DNA from: Eubacteriales bacterium
GTDB taxonomy: Bacteria > Bacillota > Clostridia > Oscillospirales > CAG-272
Direction: 5' to 3'
Assembly: GCA_045644045.1 (NCBI GenBank)
Contig: JAZRGD010000052.1
Location: 1-56,516, forward strand
DNA length: 56,516 bases
Shown here piece after piece: positions 8,623 to 17,991 of the stretch. The position numbers were made by a program, and so were the translations under genes. The notes below the pieces were generated by a model that made no database searches, had not been told where the DNA came from, and was given only the letters and a program-made list of their open reading frames with translations. Numbering within the stretch: position 1 is the stretch's first letter; the number at the start of each line of letters is the position of its first letter.

Positions 8623-9408
8623 ATGAAACGAACGAAAACCGACATAGACCCTAGGAGCTATCCCGCATCCCTTGCCCCCTTTTTTGAGGGGGCGGCAGTA
8701 TATGACAGCAGCTGCTCCCCCGAGGCGCGGGTGCTGTTCTTTGATAAGGATGAAGGATATTACTTAAAGACAGCACCCTGCGGAAGCCTTGCCGCCGAAA
8801 ATGGAATGACCCGTTATTTTCACGGGAAAGGACTTTCCGCCGAGGTGCTTTGCTACCTCACCGAGGGGGAGAAGGACTATTTTCTCACCCGCCGCGTGAA
8901 GGGGGAGGATGCTACGCACGCTCTCTGCCTTGCCGACCCGAGGAGACTTTGCGACACCTTGGCCGAATGTCTGCGCGCCCTTCACGAGACACCCTTCGAC
9001 GGCTGTCCTGTGCCCCACCGTACCGCCGACTATTTGCGGACGGTGGAGGAAAATTATAGGACGGGGAAGGGAGACCCCTCCTTTCTCTCCGCCTATCGCT
9101 CCGTCAAAAATGACGAGGCCTATGCCGAGGTGAAGAAAAACGCCCCCTACTTAAAAAATGACGTTTTGCTTCACGGCGACTACTGCTTGCCCAATATTAT
9201 GTTTGATAATTGGCGATTTTCTGCCTTTATCGACCTCGGCAACGGCGGAGTGGGAGACCGACATATCGACTTGTTTTGGGGTGTTTGGACCCTTTGGTAT
9301 AACTTGAAGACCGATAAATATACAGACCGCTTTTTGGACGCCTATGGCAGAGACAAAACAGAGCCTGCGCTCTTGCGCACCGTTGCCTTGGCGGAGATTT
9401 TTGGATAA
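8623..9408 (+). CDS. Aminoglycoside 3'-phosphotransferase (APH) family kinase
   Basis: 'LHGDYCLPNIMFDN...FIDLGNGGVGDRHIDL' matches the APH(3') catalytic and Mg-binding blocks (HGDxxxxN ... IDxG). Confidence 0.8.
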   Translation: MKRTKTDIDPRSYPASLAPFFEGAAVYDSSCSPEARVLFFDKDEGYYLKTAPCGSLAAENGMTRYFHGKGLSAEVLCYLTEGEKDYFLTRRVKGEDATHALCLADPRRLCDTLAECLRALHETPFDGCPVPHRTADYLRTVEENYRTGKGDPSFLSAYRSVKNDEAYAEVKKNAPYLKNDVLLHGDYCLPNIMFDNWRFSAFIDLGNGGVGDRHIDLFWGVWTLWYNLKTDKYTDRFLDAYGRDKTEPALLRTVALAEIFG

Positions 9409-9419
9409 GGAGAAACATC

Positions 9420-10547
9420 TTGGTCACTTACGATCATTTCACACTGTATGCCGATGGCAAGCGTGCTTTTCCCGCTATTCTTTCCGCTATCGCGGCGGCA
9501 AAGGACACTCTTTTCATCAATATGTTTATCTGGCGTGACGATGAGATCGGCAACTGTATGGCGGAGGCCGTTCTGGCCGCCGCCGAGCGCGGTGTCAAGG
9601 TGCGCGTTTCTATTGACCGCTACGGTCTTGTGCTTGAAAAAGCGGAGGAGGCGGGACGCTCCTTCTTTCATAAAAAGACTACCTTTATCGAGCGAGTCAA
9701 GATCGCCGCACTCATGCGCCTCTATCCCGAAAACCACAGGGGGAAGCAAAAGGATATTCACACACCGCTCTACGAAAAAATTCTCTCACACCCGAATATC
9801 ACGGTGGAGAAGGACACCTTCAAGGCGGATCACTCCAAATTCTATATCATAGACGGAGAAACGCTGTTTCTCGGAGGTGTGAATATCGAGGACAAGGAAA
9901 ACGGCTTCGACCTTTCGGGCAGAGAATACGGTGACTATATGGTGCGCCTCACGGGCAAGACTGCTGTGGATGCCTTTCTCGCCAAGCTGGAAACGGGCAA
10001 GGATACGGTCGAAGAGTATTCCTTCACCGTCAATACCAAGCCGCCCTTCCACCCCCTCTTTGAGGCGGAGGACAAATACCTCTCCATCATCTGTGAGGCA
10101 GAGAGCGAGCTTTGGATCACGATGGCGTATTTTTCACCTCTGCCCCGATTCCTTGATGCCATCACCGACGCCTATCGGCGTGGGGTCAAGGTTACCGTCA
10201 TGATCCCCGCGCGCGCCAATTTTCAAAACGATACCAACCGCAAAACGGCAAAGGAGCTGTTTAAGCGATCGGGCGGCGGCATTCGCGTCCTGCTGTCTCC
10301 CCGTATGCTTCACACCAAGCTGGTGATGAGCGAGAAGGAGCTTTCCTTCGGCTCGGCCAATATCACCAAAAAAGCCTTCCGTCAGCTTTCGGAATGCAAC
10401 CTTACGGTGAAAAATGATGCTTCTTCCTTTTGCGAGGCCATCCGTGAGAACGAGCAAAAAAACGCCGAGGCCGCCCATGAGGTACGGGAAAGCAAGGAGC
10501 TTCGATACAGGAGGCTCTATGCGCTTCTCGAAGGAATGTTGGTGTAA
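9420..10547 (+). CDS. Phospholipase D / cardiolipin-synthase-like protein (two HKD motifs, no TM segment)
   Basis: TTG start 7 nt after AAGGAG. HKD motifs 'HSKFYIIDGETLFLGGVN' and 'HTKLVMSEKELSFGSAN'. Confidence 0.8.
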   Translation: MVTYDHFTLYADGKRAFPAILSAIAAAKDTLFINMFIWRDDEIGNCMAEAVLAAAERGVKVRVSIDRYGLVLEKAEEAGRSFFHKKTTFIERVKIAALMRLYPENHRGKQKDIHTPLYEKILSHPNITVEKDTFKADHSKFYIIDGETLFLGGVNIEDKENGFDLSGREYGDYMVRLTGKTAVDAFLAKLETGKDTVEEYSFTVNTKPPFHPLFEAEDKYLSIICEAESELWITMAYFSPLPRFLDAITDAYRRGVKVTVMIPARANFQNDTNRKTAKELFKRSGGGIRVLLSPRMLHTKLVMSEKELSFGSANITKKAFRQLSECNLTVKNDASSFCEAIRENEQKNAEAAHEVRESKELRYRRLYALLEGMLV

Positions 10548-10568
10548 GGCAGTAAAAAGAAAAATGTT

Positions 10569-10628
10569 CCATCCATAGCGTGAAGATCTTCATGAGTGCC
10601 GCGCTATGGATGGGGCTTGCTTTTTTTT
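10569..10628 (+). terminator. Probable intrinsic terminator after the PLD gene
   Basis: 12-bp stem CCATCCATAGCG (10569-10580) / CGCTATGGATGG (10602-10613), followed by a T8 run at 10621-10628. Confidence 0.6.
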
Positions 10629-10688
10629 ATAATGTGTGCTATAATAAGCGGGTAAAATAAGTTATCGCACTTATGAAAGGAAAAACAC

Positions 10689-11264
10689 ATGAAGACTGTA
10701 AAGGATAAATATTTGGTCGTCGGTGCCGATTTTGCGGGCTATCCCTTGAAGGAAGCCGTTGTGGCACACCTGAAGGAGGACGGCTGGCAGATCACAGACC
10801 TGGGCGTGACGGCGGACAGCGACCCCGACGATACTGAAAACATGTTCCACCGCGTGGGTCTCAGAGTAGGTGCGCAGATCTCCGAGGGAATCTTTGAGCG
10901 CGCCATGCTGTTTTGCGGCACGGGTATGGGCATCCATATCGCCGCCTCCAAGTGCCCCCACGTGCACGCCGCCGTTGTGGAGAGCGTGCCCGCCGCCCTG
11001 CGTGCCATTACGGGCAACGGTGTAAACGTCTTGGCCATCGGTGCTTCCTACGTAGCACCTGCTATGGGTTGCGAGATCGCGGACGCTTATCTCTATAACG
11101 AGCTGGGATCGGGCTACGGTTGGTGGCCGAATTTCTATGAATTCCACAAGCTCGCCATCGACGAGATGGAGGCCTTCGATTACGAGACCTACAAGAAAAA
11201 CGGCTTCAAAATGGAGCATCTCGGGGACTACCCCCTCAAGATGGAGAAAAAGCCCAAAAACTGA
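10689..11264 (+). CDS. RpiB/LacA/LacB-family sugar-phosphate isomerase (with C-terminal extension)
   Basis: 'LVVGADFAGYPLKE', 'FCGTGMGIHIAASK' and 'NVLAIGASYV' match the RpiB family blocks. Confidence 0.85.
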   Translation: MKTVKDKYLVVGADFAGYPLKEAVVAHLKEDGWQITDLGVTADSDPDDTENMFHRVGLRVGAQISEGIFERAMLFCGTGMGIHIAASKCPHVHAAVVESVPAALRAITGNGVNVLAIGASYVAPAMGCEIADAYLYNELGSGYGWWPNFYEFHKLAIDEMEAFDYETYKKNGFKMEHLGDYPLKMEKKPKN

Positions 11265-11279
11265 TCGGGGGACAGCGTT

Positions 11280-11798
11280 ATGAAGATCGCCGTGATCGGA
11301 TACAGTGGAAGCGGTAAATCCACCCTGGCGGCAAGGCTTGCCGAAAAGCACGGCGTGCCCGTGCTTTATATGGACACCGTCCATTGGCTTCCCGGCTGGG
11401 AGGAGCGCGAAAGAGAAGAGAAGTGCGCCCTCGTCACCGCCTTTCTTGATGAAAACGATGGCTGGGTCATCGACGGCAATTACAAAAGGGATCGCTACGA
11501 CAGAAGAATGGAGGAGGCGGACAAGATCGTCTTTTTGGCATTCGGTCGCTTCGCCTGTCTGCGCCGCGTCATTCGCCGCTACCGTGAAAACAGGGGGCGC
11601 ACCCGTGCCTCTATGACCGAGGGGTGCGAGGAAAGGCTTCCTCTCGACTTCCTTCTTTGGGTCGTACATACAGGCAGAACGAAAAAGAGACGGCGGGTGT
11701 ATTACGATACCGTAAAGCGGTACGCGGAAAAAAGCACCGTGATCCGCAACCAAAGACAGCTTAACGCCTTTTACGAGGCGGAGGGCTTGTCCTTTTGA
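11280..11798 (+). CDS. Topology-modulation (FlaR-like) / adenylate-kinase-fold P-loop protein
   Basis: Walker A 'GYSGSGKSTLA' followed by 'VHWLPGWEERE' and 'WVIDGNY', typical of this small P-loop family. Confidence 0.75.
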   Translation: MKIAVIGYSGSGKSTLAARLAEKHGVPVLYMDTVHWLPGWEEREREEKCALVTAFLDENDGWVIDGNYKRDRYDRRMEEADKIVFLAFGRFACLRRVIRRYRENRGRTRASMTEGCEERLPLDFLLWVVHTGRTKKRRRVYYDTVKRYAEKSTVIRNQRQLNAFYEAEGLSF

Positions 11799-11840
11799 GA
11801 GACCTGCGCAAAAAAGAAAGAAACGAAAAGGATTTTTTCT

Positions 11841-12314
11841 ATGCTTTGGAAATGCTTATACACCTTCGCGCTTTCTATGGTGCCCATTATTGAATTGAGG
11901 GGAGCAATTCCTCTCGGCTTCGGTCTGGGCTTGCCCCTGTGGCTCAATTACGCCCTGTGCGCTGTGGGAAATTTTCTTCCCGTTCCCTTTATTCTGCTCT
12001 TTATCCGCCGTATCCTCGATTGGATGAAAACGGTGCATCGCTTTCGGTTCGACAAGATCGCCCTTTGGGTGGAGAGAAAGGCCCAAAAGCACTCCGCCAA
12101 GGTTATGAAGGGGATCGCCTCGGGGCTCTTCCTGTTCGTCGCCATTCCCCTGCCGGGAACGGGAGCTTGGACGGGCGCGCTCATCGCCGCCCTCTTTGAC
12201 GTGCGGATGAAATACGCCCTCCCCGCCATCTTCCTCGGCATCCTCGGCGCAGGTGTCATTATGTCCCTCATCACCTACGGCCTCATCGGCGGCATCTTCA
12301 ACATCTTTGCGTAA
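11841..12314 (+). CDS. Small multidrug-export-like membrane protein (COG2426 type)
   Basis: 'PIIELRGAIPLG' near the N-terminus and four TM helices. Confidence 0.7.
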   Translation: MLWKCLYTFALSMVPIIELRGAIPLGFGLGLPLWLNYALCAVGNFLPVPFILLFIRRILDWMKTVHRFRFDKIALWVERKAQKHSAKVMKGIASGLFLFVAIPLPGTGAWTGALIAALFDVRMKYALPAIFLGILGAGVIMSLITYGLIGGIFNIFA

Positions 12315-12340
12315 AGAGGCGCTTTCACCGCCTTAAAAAA

Positions 12341-12375
12341 ACGGCTCACGGAATTTCCGTGAGCCGTTTTCGTTT
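12341..12375. terminator. Bidirectional intrinsic terminator
   Basis: Stem ACGGCTCACGG / CCGTGAGCCGT (12341-12367), flanked by an A7 run on the left and TTTTCGTTT on the right. It sits between convergent genes. Confidence 0.75.
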
Positions 12376-13090
12376 AATAGCGAAGAATAAAATCAAGAAT
12401 GGGGGTGTTGTCTTCAAGGGAGTGGGGATGATGCCCGCCGCCCTTCTTCATGTAAAAGGCGAAATCGATCCCCGCCGCCTCGTACGCATCCTTCAGGTGA
12501 ATGCCGTTTTCGTCAAAGGGCACGGTGGTGTCGCTGTCGCCACAGACCAATACGAGAGGTATTTTATGAGAAACGAGAGCGGGAATCTGGTCAAGAGGAT
12601 GGTCTCGGAAGGCAAGCATATCGGTAAGGTCCTTGCCAAGCACCGCCACGAACTCGTTTTTTAAATTTACGCAATTCGCCTTGCCAAGCCCGAAGGGGCA
12701 AGAAAGCAGATTGATCACGGGGGCGTCAAGATACATGACGGAGACCCTTTCGGGGTACTTAGCGGCAAAATAAATGCCCTTCATGCCGCCACAGCTCATG
12801 CCGATAATGACGCACTTCCCGTCAAGTCCCAGCTCGTCGCGCATATAGTCCGCCATCGCCTTATGGGCGTCGGCGTCGGCGGGGTAGTACCACCGCGTTT
12901 TGTTTTGCACGTATGCTAAGTGATATCACGCGTCAAGCAAAGCGAGCTGAACGGCGGGAAAGGCGTCGAAATACTCCGTTTTCAGTGCCCACTTGCCGTT
13001 TGCTTTGCCCTTTGGCTTCACGACGGTAGCGGCCCTGCTCGCTACGGTAATATTCATTTGCTCGTATCCGTGATAAAGAATTGCTTCCAT
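12374..13090 (-). pseudogene. Alpha/beta hydrolase (esterase) interrupted by one in-frame TGA
   Basis: My minus-strand translation from ATG 13090 reads MEAILYHGYEQMNITVASRAATVVKPKGKANGKWALKTEYFDAFPAVQLALLDA, then TGA at 12928-12926, then YHLAY in the same frame into ORF 12374..12910. That ORF contains the nucleophile elbow 'GMSCGG'. Confidence 0.7.
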
Positions 13091-13104
13091 GCTCTTTTTC
13101 CTTT

Positions 13105-14970
13105 TTATTTGATCGTGTAGGTAATGATGTCAGCCGCTTTGGGCTTCTTTAACGTTAGGCGCAGACGGTAAAGCCCGCCGCTCCAACGGTAGAGAAAGGC
13201 GCCGTCTCCCTTGAAGTCTATGGTCTCGGCCTGAATGTCAAACAAGGAGGTGTCGGTATAGATGCCAAGGCTTGCGTCGCCCGAACGCATAGTAATGACA
13301 CCGTCTCCCACGGTAAAGGGAGCGGCAGCTATAAAGTTTAAGGTGACGCTCTCGCAGATCTTGAGGGCATAGTCCTCCGTAACGCGAATTGCGCTTTTTT
13401 CTCTGTCAAAGACAAAGCGTCTTTCCCATTTTTCGATATCGGCTCTGTTTGCGTACGCCTCGCTGATGTCCAGAGAAAAGGAGACGGTGGCGTCGTCCTC
13501 TGAAAACAGAGCGTTTTTCGCAGCGTAATTGCCCTCCTCAAAATGTCCTGTCTGGTCGTGCCCGTTTACGGTGGGCAGATTGTGGTAGCCGCTTTGGAAC
13601 ATCCATTTGGTGTATCGCGCGCGGCTGAACACGACGGCATCGTAGGAGGGACGCCCCGTGTCGCACAGAAAACGCTCACCATCCTTGTACACAATAAAGT
13701 TGCCCACGTCATTGTGATTGTGGCTTTCCTTGTTGTGCCCGCCCTTGGCGGCAAAGAAGAGTCCCGATCGGTCGGTGTCCGACTCTCTGGCGGTGGCGAT
13801 CTGTATGCTGGCAAGATAATTGCTTTTCCTCGGGAGAAAGGGAGGCACGGTGCGTCCTCTCCTCATTTCCATTAACATCTCCGCCGCGTCGAGGATGCCG
13901 CCCGTGTTTACGTCGCACATAGAATAGCCTGTCTCGCCTCTTTCGTATGCGTCATAGACGATGGCAAGCAGGTTGTCGTTGCTCAAATGCTTGCCGATCG
14001 TAAAAAGAGATGGGTCAAGCATGCTGCGAAGCGCGTCGCAATCCGCGACGCTGACGAGGTAGGAGCCGTAAATGTACATGCTCGAAAAATAGTTTCCGAT
14101 ATTTTGTATTTTGGGCTCGGCGAGTGGATCGATAACCCCGCCTGTCAAGCGGCGCACGATGTCCAACACCTGCACTAGGTTTGCGGTAGAGCCGATCCAA
14201 TACCCCGGTCCCTCGTCACATCCGCCGTCGTCTGGATAGTCGTTGATCTGGTTGGAGGAAGTGATCAACACCTTTGCTACCACTTTTGCTAGCTTCTCCT
14301 TTTCATCCCGAAGCAAAACGGCGGCGGCAGATAAAACGCCCATATTCACGGCAGACGTCCAGTTGTTGGTCTTTCGGCTTGGGTTAAACCCGAAATACCA
14401 ATAATCGTTTCGCGTTAGGTAGTCGTCAACGACACGGCGCATGACCTCATTTTTGATGCGAGGGACGATATGACGGCTGATGGCGTTGAATTTTTCCTCA
14501 AACAGGAAGGAAACGAAGGTCAGCTGCTGGGCGAGAAAGGCGGAAAACAGGCAAACGGTGGGGTGACGCACGTCAGGAAGCGCGTCGTTGCCCGGCGTGT
14601 TATGTACGTGAGCGGGAAGCGCCCACTCGCTCTCCTCCAAGATCATCCATACAAGGTCAAGGATCCTTCCGATGTGCTTGCCCTCGTTCTCGATCGCCTC
14701 AAGAAAAACGTAAGTGTTAAGAGCGATCCTTCTGTCGAACTGCTTCGCCTCATAATTCACGCGATTTTGCATGGTGGTATATTGCATCCAGAGCGAGGCG
14801 TAGAGCGGCTCGAAAACGTAGCCGTCGTATTTTTCCTTGGATGCCTGTAAGGCGTCGTACAGAGCTGGCTTCACGCCCTCCCAATAGTCTCTGTCCGTCA
14901 GGGAATGATAGAGTTGTATATCCGTCAACAGCTCAAGGATTCGTTTTTCATCTGCGTATTTTTTGAGCAT
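13105..14970 (-). CDS. Heparinase II/III-like family protein
   Basis: ORF 13105..15057 trimmed to ATG 14970, 7 nt after AGGAGA. 'GGHNKESHNHNDVGNFIVYKDGERFLCDTG' is the heparinase II/III C-terminal signature. Confidence 0.8.
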   Translation of the reverse strand: MLKKYADEKRILELLTDIQLYHSLTDRDYWEGVKPALYDALQASKEKYDGYVFEPLYASLWMQYTTMQNRVNYEAKQFDRRIALNTYVFLEAIENEGKHIGRILDLVWMILEESEWALPAHVHNTPGNDALPDVRHPTVCLFSAFLAQQLTFVSFLFEEKFNAISRHIVPRIKNEVMRRVVDDYLTRNDYWYFGFNPSRKTNNWTSAVNMGVLSAAAVLLRDEKEKLAKVVAKVLITSSNQINDYPDDGGCDEGPGYWIGSTANLVQVLDIVRRLTGGVIDPLAEPKIQNIGNYFSSMYIYGSYLVSVADCDALRSMLDPSLFTIGKHLSNDNLLAIVYDAYERGETGYSMCDVNTGGILDAAEMLMEMRRGRTVPPFLPRKSNYLASIQIATARESDTDRSGLFFAAKGGHNKESHNHNDVGNFIVYKDGERFLCDTGRPSYDAVVFSRARYTKWMFQSGYHNLPTVNGHDQTGHFEEGNYAAKNALFSEDDATVSFSLDISEAYANRADIEKWERRFVFDREKSAIRVTEDYALKICESVTLNFIAAAPFTVGDGVITMRSGDASLGIYTDTSLFDIQAETIDFKGDGAFLYRWSGGLYRLRLTLKKPKAADIITYTIK

Positions 14971-15077
14971 AGGTAGTTCTCCTAAAACAAAATATTTTTC
15001 CCTCCCCCTTATTATACAATAAAAAAAGAAAAAGTCAATACCTTTTTTGTTTTTCACAGTGCTTTTGCAAAAAACGC

Positions 15078-15112
15078 AAAAAAGTACGGCTCACGGAAAA
15101 TCCGTGAGCCGT
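15078..15112 (-). terminator. Intrinsic terminator of the SNF-transporter operon
   Basis: Stem ACGGCTCACGG / CCGTGAGCCGT (15086-15112), followed on the minus strand by a T-run (plus-strand AAAAAA at 15078-15083). The stem is identical to the terminator at 12341-12367. Confidence 0.75.
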
Positions 15113-15126
15113 GAAGCGTGTCGGCC

Positions 15127-16446
15127 TTAACCAACTCCGCCAAGGATGGCGCCCGCCACCAAAACCAACAGGCAGACACCCGTAAAAACGTACTTGGAAA
15201 GAGGGTAAAACCACTTTCCGATGGGCTTGGCGCGGCCGAGATTTACGGCGTCCGCTACTGCCCTTTTGCCAAGGACCCAGAAGAACATGACGGCGGCGAT
15301 GCCCGCACCCAAGGGGCAAATGTAAATGGACACCACGTCCATCCAATCCGACACGATGCCTTGAATACATAAGGAGATACCGAGACCGATCACCGCCACG
15401 ATCAAGCAAGCGGGAAGCCTCTTCAGGTGAAGCTTTTCTTGCAGGGTCGCAATGGGTGCCTCGTATAGATTGATCAGCGAGGTGAGACCGGCAAAGAATA
15501 CCGCGACGAAGAAGATCACGGCGACGATTCCGCCACCCGGCATCCCCTTAAAGAGATGGGGCAGAGCGATGAACATCAAGCCGGGGCCGCTCTCCGAAAG
15601 GGGCGCGCCCGTCGTTGCCATCGCGGGGATGATAACCAGCGCGGCAAGCATCGCCGCAACCGTGTCAAAAAAAGCTACGTTGCGTGCCGAACGGGGGACG
15701 TCTTCCTTTTTAGAAAGGTAAGAGCCATAGATCAAGGTGCCCCCGCCAGCGATGGAAAGGGAGAAGAATGCTTGCCCCAAGGCATATATCCAGGTTTTGG
15801 GACGGGCCAAGGCTGACCAGTCCACGCTGAAAATGTAGCGGTATCCGTCGAAAGCGCCGGGCTTTGTCAGTACGTAGATGCCGAGACCGAGAAAGAGGCA
15901 GAAGAAAAGGGGCATCATGATCTTGTTTGCCTTTTCAATGCCCTTTCCTACGCCAAAGATCAGGATCGCAAAGGCGGTCGCAAGGGCTATGATCTGCCAA
16001 AGATTATTGCCAAAGGCGGAGGCGGTAGCCCCGAAGGCGGCACCGAAGCCCTCGGCGTTCTCTGCGCTCAGGGTAGCACCCGTAAAGGTTCCGACGGTGT
16101 ATTTTAAGATCCACCCCATTACCACCGTGTAGCCGATGGCCAAGGCCAGCGAGCCAAGCGTGGGAATAAGCCCCAAGGCCTCACCCACACCGCGCTTGCC
16201 CTTGGTAGCGGTTGCCATACCGAAGGCACCCACAGGGCCTGCGTCTGCCGTGCGGCCAAAGGCCATCTCACCGATCACGCCCGTAGCACCGATCAGGATC
16301 ACGAAGAGAAAATAGGGAAGCAGAAAGGCGCCGCCACCGTAGGCGGCCACACGTGCAGGGAAAAGCCAGATGTTTCCCATGCCCACGGCAGAGCCGATGC
16401 AGGCAAAGATAAACCCCCAACGGGAGTGAAAAAGATCGCGCTTCAT
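15127..16446 (-). CDS. Sodium-dependent transporter, neurotransmitter:sodium symporter (SNF) family
   Basis: 'WGFIFACIGSAVGMGNIWLFP' is the NSS TM1 signature. Confidence 0.9.
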   Translation of the reverse strand: MKRDLFHSRWGFIFACIGSAVGMGNIWLFPARVAAYGGGAFLLPYFLFVILIGATGVIGEMAFGRTADAGPVGAFGMATATKGKRGVGEALGLIPTLGSLALAIGYTVVMGWILKYTVGTFTGATLSAENAEGFGAAFGATASAFGNNLWQIIALATAFAILIFGVGKGIEKANKIMMPLFFCLFLGLGIYVLTKPGAFDGYRYIFSVDWSALARPKTWIYALGQAFFSLSIAGGGTLIYGSYLSKKEDVPRSARNVAFFDTVAAMLAALVIIPAMATTGAPLSESGPGLMFIALPHLFKGMPGGGIVAVIFFVAVFFAGLTSLINLYEAPIATLQEKLHLKRLPACLIVAVIGLGISLCIQGIVSDWMDVVSIYICPLGAGIAAVMFFWVLGKRAVADAVNLGRAKPIGKWFYPLSKYVFTGVCLLVLVAGAILGGVG

Positions 16447-16465
16447 TTTAATTCCTTTCGATGTC

Positions 16466-17281
16466 TTATTCTAAATTCAGTCTGTTTTTCAGCATGGAAA
16501 GAATGATAAAGTAGCCGATCACCGCCACCGCAATGTTGATGACAACGGCAGACGCAAGGCTCATCATGGTCACAAACGCCACGTTTTGCGACAGGGCGGA
16601 GACAATGGTGAAAACGGTGGAGAAGATGGAGCTGACTATGCTGATGACTGTGTTGGCCACAAAGTAGAACAGCACGCTTCCCACGATCTTATGCTTGCTC
16701 ATAAAGAGAGAGCCAAGGGTGATGGCGGTGTAGAAGAGAACGAGCTGGGAAACCAGACTGACAAGTATGGTAAGAAGCGTCAAAATGAGAAGATAGATCT
16801 CATTTGATCCCTCAAGGAAGTCGGAAAAAGCGAGGGAAAGGATAGAAAGAAGCATCCCGTCTCCCGAGGAATGTATCGCGGAGGGGAGACCGATGCCGAT
16901 GCAGAGCGCTCCTATGGCGGCGACAGAGGAAAGAAAACTCCAAAGCAAGCCCGAAAGGAGCTTGGAATGCAGATGCTCCTCCGCCGTGGCGGGCAGAGTG
17001 AAGGTCAAGTACCCCTCATCCGTGAAGAAATTCTTATAATAACGGTGTAGAATGAAGAACTCTCCCGCCGCAGGCAATAGGAAGATCGCCAAGGCGGAAA
17101 AAACGGTCAAACTGCCAAAAAGAATGGGTAAAAGCACCGAAAGAATGCCTTCGTCGGGTGTGACGTTTAGGATCAAAACGGAGGCGCATAGAATCACGCC
17201 GCATCCAACCGTGGCGGCGGTGAGAGGCAAAAGCATCCGGCTTAACGCCTTGAAATCGTAATGAAACAGCTTCTTTAGCAT
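16466..17281 (-). CDS. Multi-pass membrane protein, probable permease partner of the adjacent ABC ATPase
   Basis: About six hydrophobic helices. Its start overlaps the ATPase stop by 7 nt. No specific family recognised. Confidence 0.65.
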   Translation of the reverse strand: MLKKLFHYDFKALSRMLLPLTAATVGCGVILCASVLILNVTPDEGILSVLLPILFGSLTVFSALAIFLLPAAGEFFILHRYYKNFFTDEGYLTFTLPATAEEHLHSKLLSGLLWSFLSSVAAIGALCIGIGLPSAIHSSGDGMLLSILSLAFSDFLEGSNEIYLLILTLLTILVSLVSQLVLFYTAITLGSLFMSKHKIVGSVLFYFVANTVISIVSSIFSTVFTIVSALSQNVAFVTMMSLASAVVINIAVAVIGYFIILSMLKNRLNLE

Positions 17282-17991
17282 CGGAAGGTCCTCCTGAAAA
17301 TCTCGTCAAGGGTAGCACCCTCTGCTTCGCAGAACGTCTTTACGTCGCCTGCGGCAATGATCTTGCCGTCCTTCATAAAGAGAAAGTCGTCAAGTATGCT
17401 CTCCACGTCCGCAATCAGGTGGGTAGAGATAAGAATGGTCGAATTGGGTGCGTGGGCCTTGATGATGGTGTCAAGCACGTAGTCACGGGTGGCCGGGTCA
17501 ACGCCGCCGATGGGCTCGTCGAGAAGATAAAGTCTCGCCTTGCGGCACATTACGGCGATGAGCTGTACCTTTTCCTTCATACCCTTGGAGAGGTGGCGCA
17601 CCTTTTTGTCAAGGGGCACCTTCAGGTCGGCAAGCATGGCCTTGGCGCGCTCGGTGTCAAAATCGGCAAACATGTCGGCAAGGAAGGTAAGCACCTCCGC
17701 CACCTTCATCTGCTCGGGGAGGGCGTTCCTTTCGGGCAGATAGGCCACCGTGGCCTTGGTCTCGGCCGAGGGTTCAAGCCCTAAAATGCGAATCACTCCC
17801 GACGAGGGGCGCAAAAGCCCTGCCGCCATCTTGATGAGGGTGGTCTTGCCGCTTCCGTTGGGGCCTAAAAGCCCCACGATCCTACCGGCGGGCAGGGAGA
17901 GGCAAAGATCCTCGATCACGGGCTCTGCGTAGCTTTTGGACAGGTGGTCGCAGACGAGGATCTGCTCCTTGCTCATTTCAGCTTCTGTCAT
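17275..17991 (-). CDS. ABC transporter ATP-binding protein
   Basis: Walker A 'GPNGSGKTT', signature 'LSKGMKEK' and Walker B 'LYLLDEP'. AAGGAG lies 6 nt upstream of the ATG. Confidence 0.9.
   Translation of the reverse strand: MTEAEMSKEQILVCDHLSKSYAEPVIEDLCLSLPAGRIVGLLGPNGSGKTTLIKMAAGLLRPSSGVIRILGLEPSAETKATVAYLPERNALPEQMKVAEVLTFLADMFADFDTERAKAMLADLKVPLDKKVRHLSKGMKEKVQLIAVMCRKARLYLLDEPIGGVDPATRDYVLDTIIKAHAPNSTILISTHLIADVESILDDFLFMKDGKIIAAGDVKTFCEAEGATLDEIFRRTFRC

Noticed and set aside
10671-11753. 360-aa minus-strand ORF
   Set aside because: It lies antisense to two well-supported plus-strand genes (rpiB-like and a P-loop protein), has no recognisable motifs and is Ala/Gly/Val-rich, as expected for antisense frames in GC-rich DNA. 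For the same reason I rejected 6703..7659(-), 23002..23841(+), 34856..36247(+), 46999..48486(-), 51165..52352(+) and 55126..56250(-).
12926-12928. In-frame TGA as a selenocysteine codon
   Set aside because: I see no SECIS-like hairpin in the roughly 40 nt downstream on the minus strand. The position is not expected to be a catalytic Cys in this esterase family, and TGA is used as an ordinary stop elsewhere in the window.
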